From contig CM102289.1 of NCBI GenBank assembly GCA_046563655.1, positions 372,001-436,000 on the forward strand: a DNA stretch of 64,000 nt, in the 5' to 3' direction. A model generated the notes under the pieces. The model was not told the origin of the DNA. It saw only the letters and a program-made list of their open reading frames with translations, and ran no database searches. A program made the position numbers and the translations under genes. The DNA comes from Yuukianura sp. NJ FZ-2021 (lineage: Eukaryota). Positions 28,401 to 38,573 of this stretch are shown one piece after another; the stretch's first letter is position 1; the number at the start of each line of letters is the position of its first letter.

Positions 28401-29086
28401 CGGGGTCAATTCAAGGTCAAAGGTCAAGTCAAGGTCACACAGGGTCAACGAAAGGTCAAGAGGTCACGTCTGAGCCACATCGTTACGGGGAGGGGCTAAG
28501 TGGCTACAATCTGGATCATCTGAAGCACTGGGGTCCGGAATACCAGCCTTTAGCGCATGTCTTTTCAGAAATCGCTCGTCTCAACGAAGATGTCGCTTCT
28601 GGTCACTATAGCAACGTCCTCGGTGACCTTGGACTGGCGACCACCGGAATGTCGCCAAATGGTCGCTCAGCTGCAGGAAGGTCTCCTATTGGTCTATCGC
28701 TCGAAGGAAGGTCTCCTATTGGCCAACAGTCCAGTAGTTGCAACAATTCTACAAGTGGCAAAAGTGATAAGTCGTCGTTCTCTGGAAAGGGTGGCGGGGG
28801 TTCGAGTCTCGCTGGGTCCAAAAAAGCAGTCCGTCACAAAAACAAAGTTGTTGGTCCAGGATGTGCCGACCCGATGCGCAGAACTGCTCAAACGACTTCA
28901 ATTCTCCCGCGCTCTCCAATCACAACTGATTTGACTTTTTCATCTCCGCTCTCACCCAGTTTCTCACCAGAGTTGTCATTTTGCAACACTCTGCCGGTTC
29001 TACCAGAACACAACGTCGGAATCCGCACAGCGGCGTATCCACACTCCAGCTACGCTTCGTCTGAGTCATCCGAAGCACGAAACTAA
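1489..29086 (+). CDS. ds: Dachsous atypical protocadherin, ~21 exons
   Basis: Signal peptide MVPLRAVVTSVVLLWTLCHA. Many cadherin repeats (LDRE, DxNDNxP, AxDxD) across GT-AG exons at about 1489-2716, 3048-3538, 15534-15720, 16146-16202, 16280-16684, 17711-17886, 18045-18464, 18717-18961, 19064-19237, 19971-20258, 21106-21308, 21379-21952, 22027-22455, 23045-23756, 24087-24600, 24678-24997, 25061-25289, 25517-25812, 26002-26054, 26139-26466 and 26551-29086. TM helix WLIGVLASAVLLFLVIAALVLILFL. Dachsous-type cytoplasmic motifs SASSGRGSAEEEEDEEIRMINEG, NTKEYLARLGI and WGPEYQPLAHVFSEIARL. Confidence 0.95.
2786..2965. mobile_element. hAT-like MITE in ds intron 1
   Basis: Left TIR CAGGGATGTCAAAAATAT; right end reverse-complements to CAGAGTTGTCAAAAATAT. 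Near-identical 8-bp TSD GTTATCAG (2778-2785) / ATTATCAG (2966-2973). Confidence 0.75.
7255..7400 (+). repeat. Degenerate direct repeat, copy 1, flanking the nested GPCR gene
   Basis: Shares TAAAT(T/C)ATTAGCAAATTT and CGTT(G/C)TA(G/C)AAAAATTTGAGT blocks, at similar spacing, with 10558-10700. Confidence 0.55.
7492..10270 (-). CDS. LRR-like ectodomain + FMRFamide-receptor-like class A GPCR nested in ds intron 2; one in-frame TGA (possible pseudogene)
   Basis: Exons (minus) 10270-10202 (signal peptide MRFCLSLLVFLVVPVAKA), 10097-8372, 8277-7937 and 7860-7492, with GT-AG boundaries. LxxLxL repeats such as LTTLKLWE, LERLELIS and LESLYLAF. 7TM motifs GLIFNSLSFVVL, LLGLTCCDSIYL, TASVYMTIFVTAERYVA, NLPRWLE and NSALNFILY. 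TGA at 9584-9582 separates two ORFs in the same frame. Confidence 0.85.
10558..10700 (+). repeat. Degenerate direct repeat, copy 2, flanking the nested GPCR gene
   Basis: Matches 7255-7400 in the blocks noted there. Confidence 0.55.
12836..12970. repeat. Minisatellite, 32-bp unit, ~4 copies
   Basis: Unit close to CCCAACTCTGCTCTCAAAATATTCAACTTTTG, repeated in tandem. Confidence 0.9.
13965..14330. repeat. Degenerate tandem repeat region
   Basis: Recurring GTTAGACCTA / TCGCAGCT / GCTGGACA motifs. Confidence 0.5.
23780..23850 (-). mobile_element. tRNA-derived SINE-like element / pseudo-tRNA in a ds intron
   Basis: Minus-strand B-box GGGTTCGAATCCC, A-box-like TAGCAAAATGG upstream, T-rich tail. 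Confidence 0.55.
23905..24020. mobile_element. Inverted pair of tRNA-like B-box fragments
   Basis: GATTCGAACCGAAGACTCTGCTC (23914-23936) is the reverse complement, with 1 mismatch, of GAGCAGAGTCCTCGGTTCGAATC (23984-24006). Confidence 0.6.
25349..25419 (-). mobile_element. tRNA-derived SINE-like element / pseudo-tRNA
   Basis: Minus strand reads GGTAGCTCAATGG (A-box) ... GGGTTCGAATCCC (B-box), then poly-T. No convincing acceptor stem. Confidence 0.6.
25885..25962 (-). mobile_element. tRNA-derived SINE-like element / pseudo-tRNA
   Basis: Minus strand reads GATAGCTCAATTGGTAGAG ... GTGGGTTCAAGTCCCAC, then a T run. Confidence 0.6.
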
Positions 29087-29543
29087 CTTTTCAAAAAAGT
29101 TTTTGAAAAAAAAAACGCTCTTTTTTTACATTTTAGTTTCAAATTTTGACTTTTTTTTTTCAAAAAGTGGTGTTTGAAGTTCCTCTTTTATTGTCAAGTG
29201 GCCATGTGCTTAAGCTCAACAATTCTTCCATACTCTCCATAATTTTAATAATTTATAATCTATAATGTATAGTTTATAATTTAAAATTCAAGGTTCAAAC
29301 AAAATCAAATGCCTTAAAATTTGTGTTCAACACTTTTAAATATTTTTAAGTCGAGTTTTCTAAGTTAAAATTTTCAAAGAAATTTTTTGAAGTAAAATTT
29401 TTGAAGTAAAAAATTTGAAGTCAAGTGTTTTAGATTAAGTTTTTGAAATAGAATGTTTTTTAATGGGTTTGTTTGTTATCAGTATTAAATTGCCATCGTA
29501 AAAAAAAATAAACCAATTAAAATTAAAGGATTAAAACTAATTC

Positions 29544-31719
29544 TTAGTTTAATTTTTTTGCTGACTTTTTAGCGGGCTTTTTGCTAAAAATTTTGCAAAT
29601 TTTGCGAATAGTGAAAGAAACAATTGATTTGATCACGTAAATTGCAATTACCAAAACTAGAAACAGGAATCCAACGACGTCGTAGGAAAGTGCTTGGAAG
29701 TACGTAAGTTCCCGTGCGGCCGATCTCAAGTGATGAGCCCCTAAACAACAATACAATAATTTTACATTATTTTAAATAATTAAACTAATTATATAATATA
29801 TATAAATATATAAGTTTACCTTTATGTCTGATGACATATTCTGACCAGTAGATGGCTCTCTCCAGCGGAGTTTCTGTTTGGTCTCGAACTATTCTCGACA
29901 GAGTTTTTGCACGTTGAGCAAATCTGCACGCTCAAAATTCATATTAGTCAAGTTTTTGATATTTTTCAAACTTAATTTCAAAATTTCATTTTTTTTTCAA
30001 AAAATGCTTTACGTGGGTTCATTTAGCAGTCGTTTGAGTTTTCCCTCTAATTCAGTTTCCGTTAAATTCAAAATTTCTAGAGTTAGCGCGAATCCCTGTG
30101 ACTCTGACTGCATCATGTTCAAATCCTGGTCTGCGAATACCGGAATTCCGAGGAGTGGTGCGCCGTGATACGCCGCTTCTTGCGTACTCAGCAGTCCTCC
30201 ATGTGTCATAAACACTCTACCCGCCAAAATTTTGAAAAAGTTAAAAAAAAGTTCAAAATTTTGAAAAATGAAAGCTTAAAAACCTTATTTTGGGGTGACC
30301 AAGGACGTCTTGTTGTGGAATCCACTTGGCCAATTTGACATTTGGTGGGAGATCGTCCATTGTTTCAGTCTCCCATTTCCAAAGGACGCGTTGTTTGAGG
30401 CGCGAAAAAACATTGACGAAGATTTTACGGTACTCTTCAGGCATCTGATTCGTTCGAATGATCGATCCAAGAGAAAAGTACACAAATCCATGCTCACCAC
30501 TTCCAGAAAGAAAATCATCCAAATCCTAAACAAAATTTTATAAAACTTAAAAAAAAGTTACAGATGTACCGTAAAACTTCCCATAAACGCCCGGAAACGA
30601 TAATTCCTACTTCAGACCTCAACTTTTGCCCGGGCTTCAACAATAGAACGGCGTTTAATCTCCAAATCTGACCCCAACTATATAGACCGGCGCCTACTAG
30701 AAATTTTACGGTATTTAATTTGACATGTGCTTCACTCATGCTCACACGTTTCAAGTGTAAACACTTTTCAAGTACTTTTTACCGATTATCGCGTGATGAT
30801 GACAAAAACCTCCACTTCAAAAAACTTTTTTTTTCAAAATCTGAAAATTTTCCGGATTTCAAAATTTCTAAAATTCTAAATAGTTAACATAGGCTATGTT
30901 AGTTACCTTAGGGAGTGGCTTTGCCGGTCGACAGTGCATACCTCCTACTTCAATGTTGTCTGGGAGATTCGGTCTTGGGTAGTTGAGTGAGTGGTGACTG
31001 TTCATAAAAAGTAAACTCATGTTACCGTAAATCTCCCGCATGGGCGGTAGATTTTGGTCATTAAGTTCCTCTCTGTAGATGTTTTCGTAAAAGTCACGGT
31101 AAAAAAATTTAGCAGAAATGTCAAAAAATGCATTCAAAAGGTAGTTGATGAGTCGCTCATAAAAAGTCATGCGCTGGGTCAAGTCCCAGAATGGCACAGG
31201 AACAAAAGAAGGCGGGAGGTAGTTACCGGTGTACTGCGTGAATCCGGCTGGAGCTGGCATTGTTGTGACTAAAATGAGTGGAGCTCCGATTTTAGCTACT
31301 GCTCCCACCATTCCCTCGTTCATAAATCCATTCATGATGATCAAATCGTACTTTTTGGAAATCACTTCCTGAAATTTCGGATCCCGGTAAGTTTTTCTCT
31401 GAAGAGAAGCGATTAGCTCTGCATTGAACGTCGCGATGAATCCGAATTTCCCCATTTTCCTAATTTCAAAAATGTTTCCCAAACTGTCGATGACCGAGTC
31501 GAGTGAAATTGGTGAAATTTCAAAAACGTTTGGCGGGAGGGGAGATGCAGAAGGTGCAGGAGTGACCACAGTGAGGTCATGACCTCTCTCTGCCAATCCA
31601 TTAATCAGAGGCTGAAAAACGTGCGTGTGACTCTTGAATCCAATTGGAACCAAAACTAAAATTTTGGATCCAAAAGCACTTGTGGCAAAAAGGAGAAAAA
31701 ACAGAAAATGGATTTCCAT
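29544..31719 (-). CDS. UDP-glycosyltransferase (UGT), 5 exons
   Basis: Signal peptide, then KILVLVPIGFKSH. UGT signature [67 protein letters not shown], a C-terminal TM and a KKLN dilysine ER-retrieval end. Exons at about 31719-30908, 30525-30285, 30217-30013, 29923-29820 and 29741-29544. Confidence 0.95.
30569..30711. mobile_element. Tc1/mariner-pogo-type MITE in UGT intron 1
   Basis: TA|CCGTAAAACTTCCCATAAACGCCCGG ... CCGGCGCCTACTAGAAATTTTACGG|TA: imperfect TIRs with a TA TSD. Confidence 0.7.
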
Positions 31720-32306
31720 TCTGCACAATTTCTTTTGGATTTTACAAATGCCAAAGAATCAGTTGGAAAATTTTGAGTTGACTCAAAAGTGGAGCAGAAA
31801 TGAACTACGGATCAAAATTTGTAAGCGACTAACTGAAGGTAAAAATTAGAGTTGTAAACGTGTTTAAAGTTGAGTGTATTGCAAGGACAAACAATTTATT
31901 TATCAGTGTTATCAACTATGATTTTCACACTTCAGATTAGCCAATTGAAAAAAAATTATTAGATATCAAACTGTACTTTTGATTTTAATTTTATTTGAAG
32001 GTTAGGGCTTTCCTAAATTGCAATCTTCTCCGGCTTTTTTAGCGCTACCAGCATCTGCTGCGGCTTCCTTTTCTCCATACCCGTGCGGATCCTCCTTAAC
32101 AATGAAGTACAAAAATTACATAACAACACCAAGCAATTTTTAAAAATGAACAAAGTAGCAGGATGATCTTTGAGGAAAAGCAGAAAGTAGGTTTTTTGAT
32201 AGTTTTATTGAAAAAAACAAAACTAAGCGAAACTTGAAAAAGTTAGGGATTTACCCGGAAAGTTTTTTTTTCATGCAATTACAAATCAGTGTTATACATC
32301 TGGAGT

Positions 32307-33612
32307 CACAGCCCCCTGGACGTGCTGTCCAATACCTTTGTCTTAAGAAAATATAAAAACATGCAACTTTTGGCAACTTAATGCCAAATCAAACTAAACA
32401 TGCACAATTTAAAAAACTCTCAAAAAGTTTTTACCATAGGCCAAGATTGCTATAGCAACCATTTATACAAATGGCGTAACAGGTTATGTCATAACTACGG
32501 TTTAAGAAATATTGTTTGTTTTGAATTTTTCTGCGATTCGTTGACCTCTCGCCATTTGAATCAAATGTGATTCGTATGAAATTCGTACCAAAGTTGTTTT
32601 TTTTTTAAATCGGAGTTATGACATAACCTGTTACGCCATTTGTATAAATGGTCGCTATAGCAATCTTGCCATAGGCGGTAGAAAACCCGATTCCTTCAGA
32701 TTTTCGTAGCGTTCAAGAAATTGCTCCTTATCTGAAATTGAAATTACATTTTAAGAACTGGACAATTTGTTTCAAAATAAATAATTTTTTTTCATGAAAT
32801 CCAAATGTTTAGAGCTTTCCTTACATTCTTCATTCAAGAATTGAAACTTCAACGGTTCGTTTTCCTCTTCAAAATCCTCACGTCCCTGAAACAGTGTAAA
32901 CGACCCGCGCATCTCAAATGCGTTCACTGAAGTCCGGAAGATACGGCACGGAGACTTGTCCACTGAACTTAAGTTCCCCGAAGCCAATCGTTTCAACTCT
33001 AAGAATACAAAAAATTATGAACATGATTCGGAATTATATTGTTATACTAAATACCAATATTTCACACTATATTTAATATTCCATACTAATATTTCACAAT
33101 AATTACCATCTCCAATTTCCACAACAAAATCAAAGTCACACCCATTTTCCGGAATGGCATTCTTGGTAAGGAGGAGAATTTTTGGTTCATGATACGAGCG
33201 AAAGTCCTCTGGGCGCTCAACCTCTGCCATCTTGTACTGGAAGATTAACTCACGTGACATGTCTCTGAAAAGGAAAACGGATTAGAAGAAATACGTAGCA
33301 TTACACAATACGCACTATTTCAAAAAGTGATTCATGTTCCAAAAAACAACCTCCACGTTACTAAAACATCTTCATATGCTAAACATTTTGAATTTCAAAC
33401 ATGACGTTACACACAGTTTTAAAATTTGAACGTAAGGAATGTTCTAAGTGCTTACCAAATTTTGCCACTCGCCTCCGTTCCTTCCGGCGTCTTTTCACAA
33501 ACCTTATTTTCAAATTTTTCCTAAAATTTAATATCCTCCTCTCCCAATTTTGTAAACTAAAGTGACAGGGAATGACCGTAACTCCTACACTTTTCAAAAG
33601 CGAAAAACACCT
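32307..33612 (-). pseudogene. Unknown multi-exon gene, probably degenerate at its 5' end
   Basis: Spliceable minus-strand exons encoding ...EDFRSYHEPKILLLTKNAIPENGCDFDFVVEIG..., ...KFQFLNEE|YKEQFLERYENLKESGFLPPM. The upstream 33700-34090 region has several stops. No family recognised. Confidence 0.4.
32442..32668. mobile_element. MITE, CAAGATTGCTATAGC family, ~65-bp TIRs, 8-bp TSD
   Basis: Left end CAAGATTGCTATAGCAACCATTTATACAAATGGCGTAACAGGTTATGTCATAACT is mirrored at the right end. Perfect TSD CCATAGGC at 32434-32441 and 32669-32676. Confidence 0.92.
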
Positions 33613-34343
33613 ATGGAAAATTTCAAGGTTTTAGAAGCAAAGGTATTGAATCTAGTGGAGCTCAACTCACAAAGTCATAAAATTTCAATTTGTGATTACT
33701 TCATTGAAACAACATCAAACTGCATTTTGAATCAAGATAAGTTTCTACTGATACATTCGGCAGTAGACACAGGAACTTTTGACGAGATTTTCAACATCTA
33801 TTAACTTTTTACTCATTCCCTCATTTTTCGTTCAACGACGCTCTCCCGTTATTAAAAACTCAAGTTCACATGTACAATCAGCATTATTTTTTGCATCAGT
33901 TTTGGATTTGACACGGCTTCGGTCAAATTGAACTTTGAATTACGAATTCCGCATGGTTTCGTTTCAAATGAAACCAAAATGGCCTGTAACCATGACATTC
34001 CAAAGGATTTCACAGGAAAAGAGGAAAAGTGTCGCCAAAAAAGGGATTTTAGAACAAAAGAACAAAGTTTTAAAAAAGTTAGAATGGTCAACCTTTTTCA
34101 CTTTTGAGGTCCTGTTCAAAATAGTTTTTACAAAAAAATTGATGTCAATTCGTTGAAATTTCATCAACCCATGTCATATGAAATTAAGGGAGAAGCAGTT
34201 AGTCGTAAAACTCGAATTCATAAAAGTTCTCAGAATTTTTATTCATTGAGAAACAAGTTTTATGATGAACAGCTAAAAGTTAAAAAGTTAAAACCTGAAA
34301 ACTGTTGATTCTTGAACTGTTGTTGGTTCAGTAACGTTTCAAA

Positions 34344-35401
34344 ATGAGAACGTTTTCAACAGTGTTGGCTTTTCTGTTGTCATTTTTTAAACTTGGGTTT
34401 GGAACAACTTGGTCCTACACAACAGAGGAAGCTAAACTGCTCAAACAGGTGAAAAATCATAGGCATTTCAAAATTTTGAAGTTTTGAATTTCAAAGTTTT
34501 GAAATTTGTAATTACAGTTGCGTGTGGCGATTGGAAATGGAGAGCCGTTCATTGCAGAGTACAAAGACTATATGCGGAAAGACGAATATTTGTATCGGTT
34601 CCTACTAGATCGAAATTTAAACGTGGAGGAAGCCAGGGCAAAATTAATTGCAGTTAGTGTTTCATTTAAAAAATTTCATTTTTTTAAAAAACTGACAATT
34701 TTTTGAATTTTTGTCATTTCTCAAAATTTTGAAAACTTAGACTCTTAGATGGCGACGAGAGAATCGGATAGATCAAATTTTAACAGAAAAAATGGACGAC
34801 ATGGGCAGATTATTTCCGTATGAAGTCGGAACGGGAGTCGATCTGGACGGAAATCCTTGTAAAGAACACTTTCAAATTTTCAAAATTTCAATTTCTAAAG
34901 ATCTTTTGAAAAAACTTTTCCAAAATTTTGTGATTTTAAAAAGTGTTGACTGTTCCATACGGTCCGTGGTCTGTTCGGAGGTTCATGGTGCGTGGTAACG
35001 GACGTGAACGGATGAAACGCTACTCTGCACAGTTGCTCGAAAGAAGCGCTAAATCTGTGCGTGAAAAAGACGCGAAATGGGGCGTGGTCATCATTGACAT
35101 GAATGGATATTCTGCAAAACAGCATGGATGTGCTGCCTGCATTCCGTTTTACTATGACCTTTTGACCCAGTACGAAATGTATTACCCCGCATACGTCAAA
35201 AACTTCAATTTCATCAACACTCCCAGAATTTGGGAACAAGTGAGCAAAATCCTCCTGCCTCTCATCAGTCCACTTACGAAAGACGTCATTCAGATCTTCG
35301 GCTACAACAAAAAAGAGTGGCAAACCGAACTACTCAAAACGATCAAGCCAGATCAACTCACGCCGCAGTTCGGGGGAACTCGGAGAACTCATAAATTTTA
35401 A
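34344..35401 (+). CDS. CRAL-TRIO/SEC14-like lipid-binding protein with signal-peptide-like N-terminus (copy 1, 4 exons)
   Basis: N-terminus MRTFSTVLAFLLSFFKLGFG. Motifs DEYLYRFLLDRNLNVEEA, TLRWRRENRIDQI, GVDLDGNP, VIIDMNGYS, YEMYYPAYVKNFNFINTPRIW and DQLTPQFGGT. Confidence 0.88.
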
Positions 35402-36687
35402 AAAAATTGACGCCGCAGATTTAAAAAATTAACTAAAACTTGACTATAAACACTTTTCACTTTTTCTTTGATAAAACCAAAGAAAAAGCGAAATTTTTGT
35501 CAAAAATTTCGTTACTTTCGTCCAGCTTCCAGCATGGGATAATTTAAATTTTAATTTGCAGTTAAATTTTAATGTTGCATAGTATATTTTTACTTTACCG
35601 TTTGCATATTACTGTATACAATTGTTGTTTTAAATTTTCTCGCGTTTTGATTGGTCGCAACCGTAGCGTACAGTGTAGTGCCTAATTTAAAACATAAATT
35701 TACATTATTACATAAACTCACATTCAAATAAAAACATAAATTAAAACAAAATTATTCATTCTTCAAAAATTCTCGTTCATTTTGAACGTAAATTTAATAC
35801 TAGGTGCGAAATTAATTTTTGTCCAGGACTGTAAAGTTTGAGAATTTTTAACAATTTTTGGAAATTTTGAAACTTGAGTAGTTTCCTTGTGTGTCTGATT
35901 TAAATTTTGGCACTTTTCCCAAAAGTCTAAAGTTTGCAAATTTTATGGAAGTAATGGCGAATGTAGAAATGCTAAGACTTCCTAATGGATTTGAAATTCA
36001 ACCAAGGACACCCGCTGGAACACTCGCATTTCGCCATTTGTTGATGCAAAAACCTGTTTCTACAATCTGCGAAATCCCCCAAAAATTCAACTACTTGTTT
36101 TTCTTGCGTCAATTGTCAAGGAAATTATCTGCATGAAGACCAGTTGCTTAAACTTTTCATAGAATTTACCAAAAATGACAACAATTTTTCTTTGACCTTC
36201 CAAAAGTCAAACTTTTATTTTGATTTTCCACAATTTTTCCTGGAAAACGTCTTATTTCCAGAAAAAATCGCCCGGAATGACGGTTTAATTTTTTTCTTTA
36301 AAAAACAAAACAATTTTACGATTGAATATAGTAAATAACATATAAAAAATTTCCCAAATCAGCCAAAGTAAACAGAAAACTGTGTCAATTCATGCTGTAA
36401 ATAGAAAAGCCGCAATATTTTTGCAACTCAAAAATCAACCTCATGAATCTTAACTCTGCAAAGAAAATTGGAAACAAGAAAAGTTGCTTTTGGCTCACAC
36501 GATATGTGTGGATTTTCAAAAGTCTAATTGCACGTAGATGCAAATGCCTTTGGGGGAAGTTTTTGTGTAACTTTTCTTCAATTTGCAAAAAAAAAACAAG
36601 CACCTATTTGTACAGTGGTGAGACTCTAACAATCAAAGAGTTGCGATATAATTTTTGCAGTAGTTGTTTTCCTAAGGCCTTGTGAGC

Positions 36688-38123
36688 ATGACTTCTTCTC
36701 CAGCAAAAGTTTTTTGGTTGCTAGGCTTCCTGGTCTTCACTTTTTGTAGTCATGGAGACTGCGCGGAAACGACAAAAACCAAATTGGCACCATTTGAGAA
36801 ACAAGCACTGGAAAAAGTTAGCTTTACTTTGCAAAAGTTTTGTTCAATTAATTGAATAATTTGAAAGTTGGATATCATTTTTTACAAGTCTAAAATTTTA
36901 GCCAGTTTTGTTCCAGAGTGAGTTTAAAAATTTGTTTTTTAAATGTTATTTTTTAGTTTCGGCCAATGGTGAAAAACGCGCTGTATCGAGATTACATGAA
37001 CGAAGACTACTATCTTGTGAGTTTCAAAAAAAAGTAAAATTTTAACAAGGATATTTTGATTTTTTTTTTCGAAATTTGAAAATGTAGGTTACTTTCCTGC
37101 GGGCAAAGGAAATGCAAATGGAAGATGCAGCACAGTTATTGCGAGAGGTAATTGCGTTTAACGGGACTTCTTAAGTAAACACCAACTTTCACAAAAAATC
37201 AGTTTTTTTGAATTTTAAAATTTCAGGCTCACAAGTGGAGAATTGAAAACAAGATTGATGGAATTTTGAAAGAAGATATGAGTAAACTTCAAAAATCGTT
37301 TAGGTACTTCACAGGAGTAAATGACTACGAAGGACGACCTGGTAAAAACATATTTCAAAATTTCAAAAATTTCGAGTAAAGTGAAATTTCGACATTTTTT
37401 GTGCACAGTAATTGCGTGGGACTTTGGGCGATGGGATATCCGGCGCATGTCTCTTTCCGGGTCAATGAATCACCTCGTCCGCTACTTGGATCGAATCTTA
37501 GAAGGTTCACAGCATTGAAAAAAATGAAAAATTCAAAAAAATTCAGTTTTTGAAATAAAAAAACTTTTTATTTTATGAAATTTAGAAGGCGTCACGAACG
37601 TAAGAGCTCAAAGGAACGCCACTGGCAAAGACATCACTCAGTACGTCATCATCATTGACGGTTATGGATTCAGTTTACGGACGCACGGATGCCTCTCATG
37701 TAAGTTCCATTTTTTTTTAGAAAAAACTAAATTTAAAAAAAAAATTTCAAAACGTTATATTTTTAGTGACAAATTGAAAATTTGTACTTTACGTGTTAGG
37801 TATGCCGTTCTACATTGCTTTTATTACTCACACTGATATGTATTACCCCCATACCGGACATGCCGTACACATGATCAATGTTCCAAGGTACACAAATTTC
37901 AGAATATTAAAACTATATCATTTTTTTGAATCAAAATTTTGAAAATTGCAGGGTATTTGACAACGTGTTGAACCTGATTCGACCTGTGATGTCTCCTCAA
38001 ATCCGTGACACTATGCATCTCTATGGTTTCGATAGCAACGAATGGAAAAAATCTCTGTCCAAACTCATGCCGACTTCACAACTTCCAAAACAGTTTGGAG
38101 GCACGAAGGAAAACGATATTTAA
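36688..38123 (+). CDS. CRAL-TRIO/SEC14-like protein with signal-peptide-like N-terminus (copy 2, 8 exons)
   Basis: N-terminus MTSSPAKVFWLLGFLVFTFCSHG. Motifs EDYYLVTFLRAK, HKWRIENKIDGI, DYEGRPVI, VIIIDGYGFS, MINVPRVF and SQLPKQFGGT. Confidence 0.88.
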
Positions 38124-38573
38124 AAAAAACTTGGATTGCGTGATACCTACTAATTAAAATATAATTATAAATATATATATATAAATACATTTAAATATAA
38201 TTACTTCAGAAATATAATATGAAGTCCGCACGGACACAAGTTGACCTTCAAAGTCTCACGTAACCATCATGTAATCTTTGCGTGCCAAGCAATATAATCT
38301 TATTTTGAAATTTAACAAATTATAAATTTCACTTGAAAAAAAAACACAACACATTCAAACATCAACTTTTCCTTGTCAAATTCTATTGTCTCTGCAATAT
38401 TGCGTACTTCAAAGTTTTAACGTAAAACAAGCAAAATTCTGGAAAAAAAAACAGTAAAACTACAAAACACTGAAAAGTTGTAGTTCCAAGTGTAACCGTG
38501 TAAGAGTAATAACAAAAATTCAAAAAAGAATAATATGAAATGAAAAGGTAGTAAGTAGCACAAGTTGAAAAAG

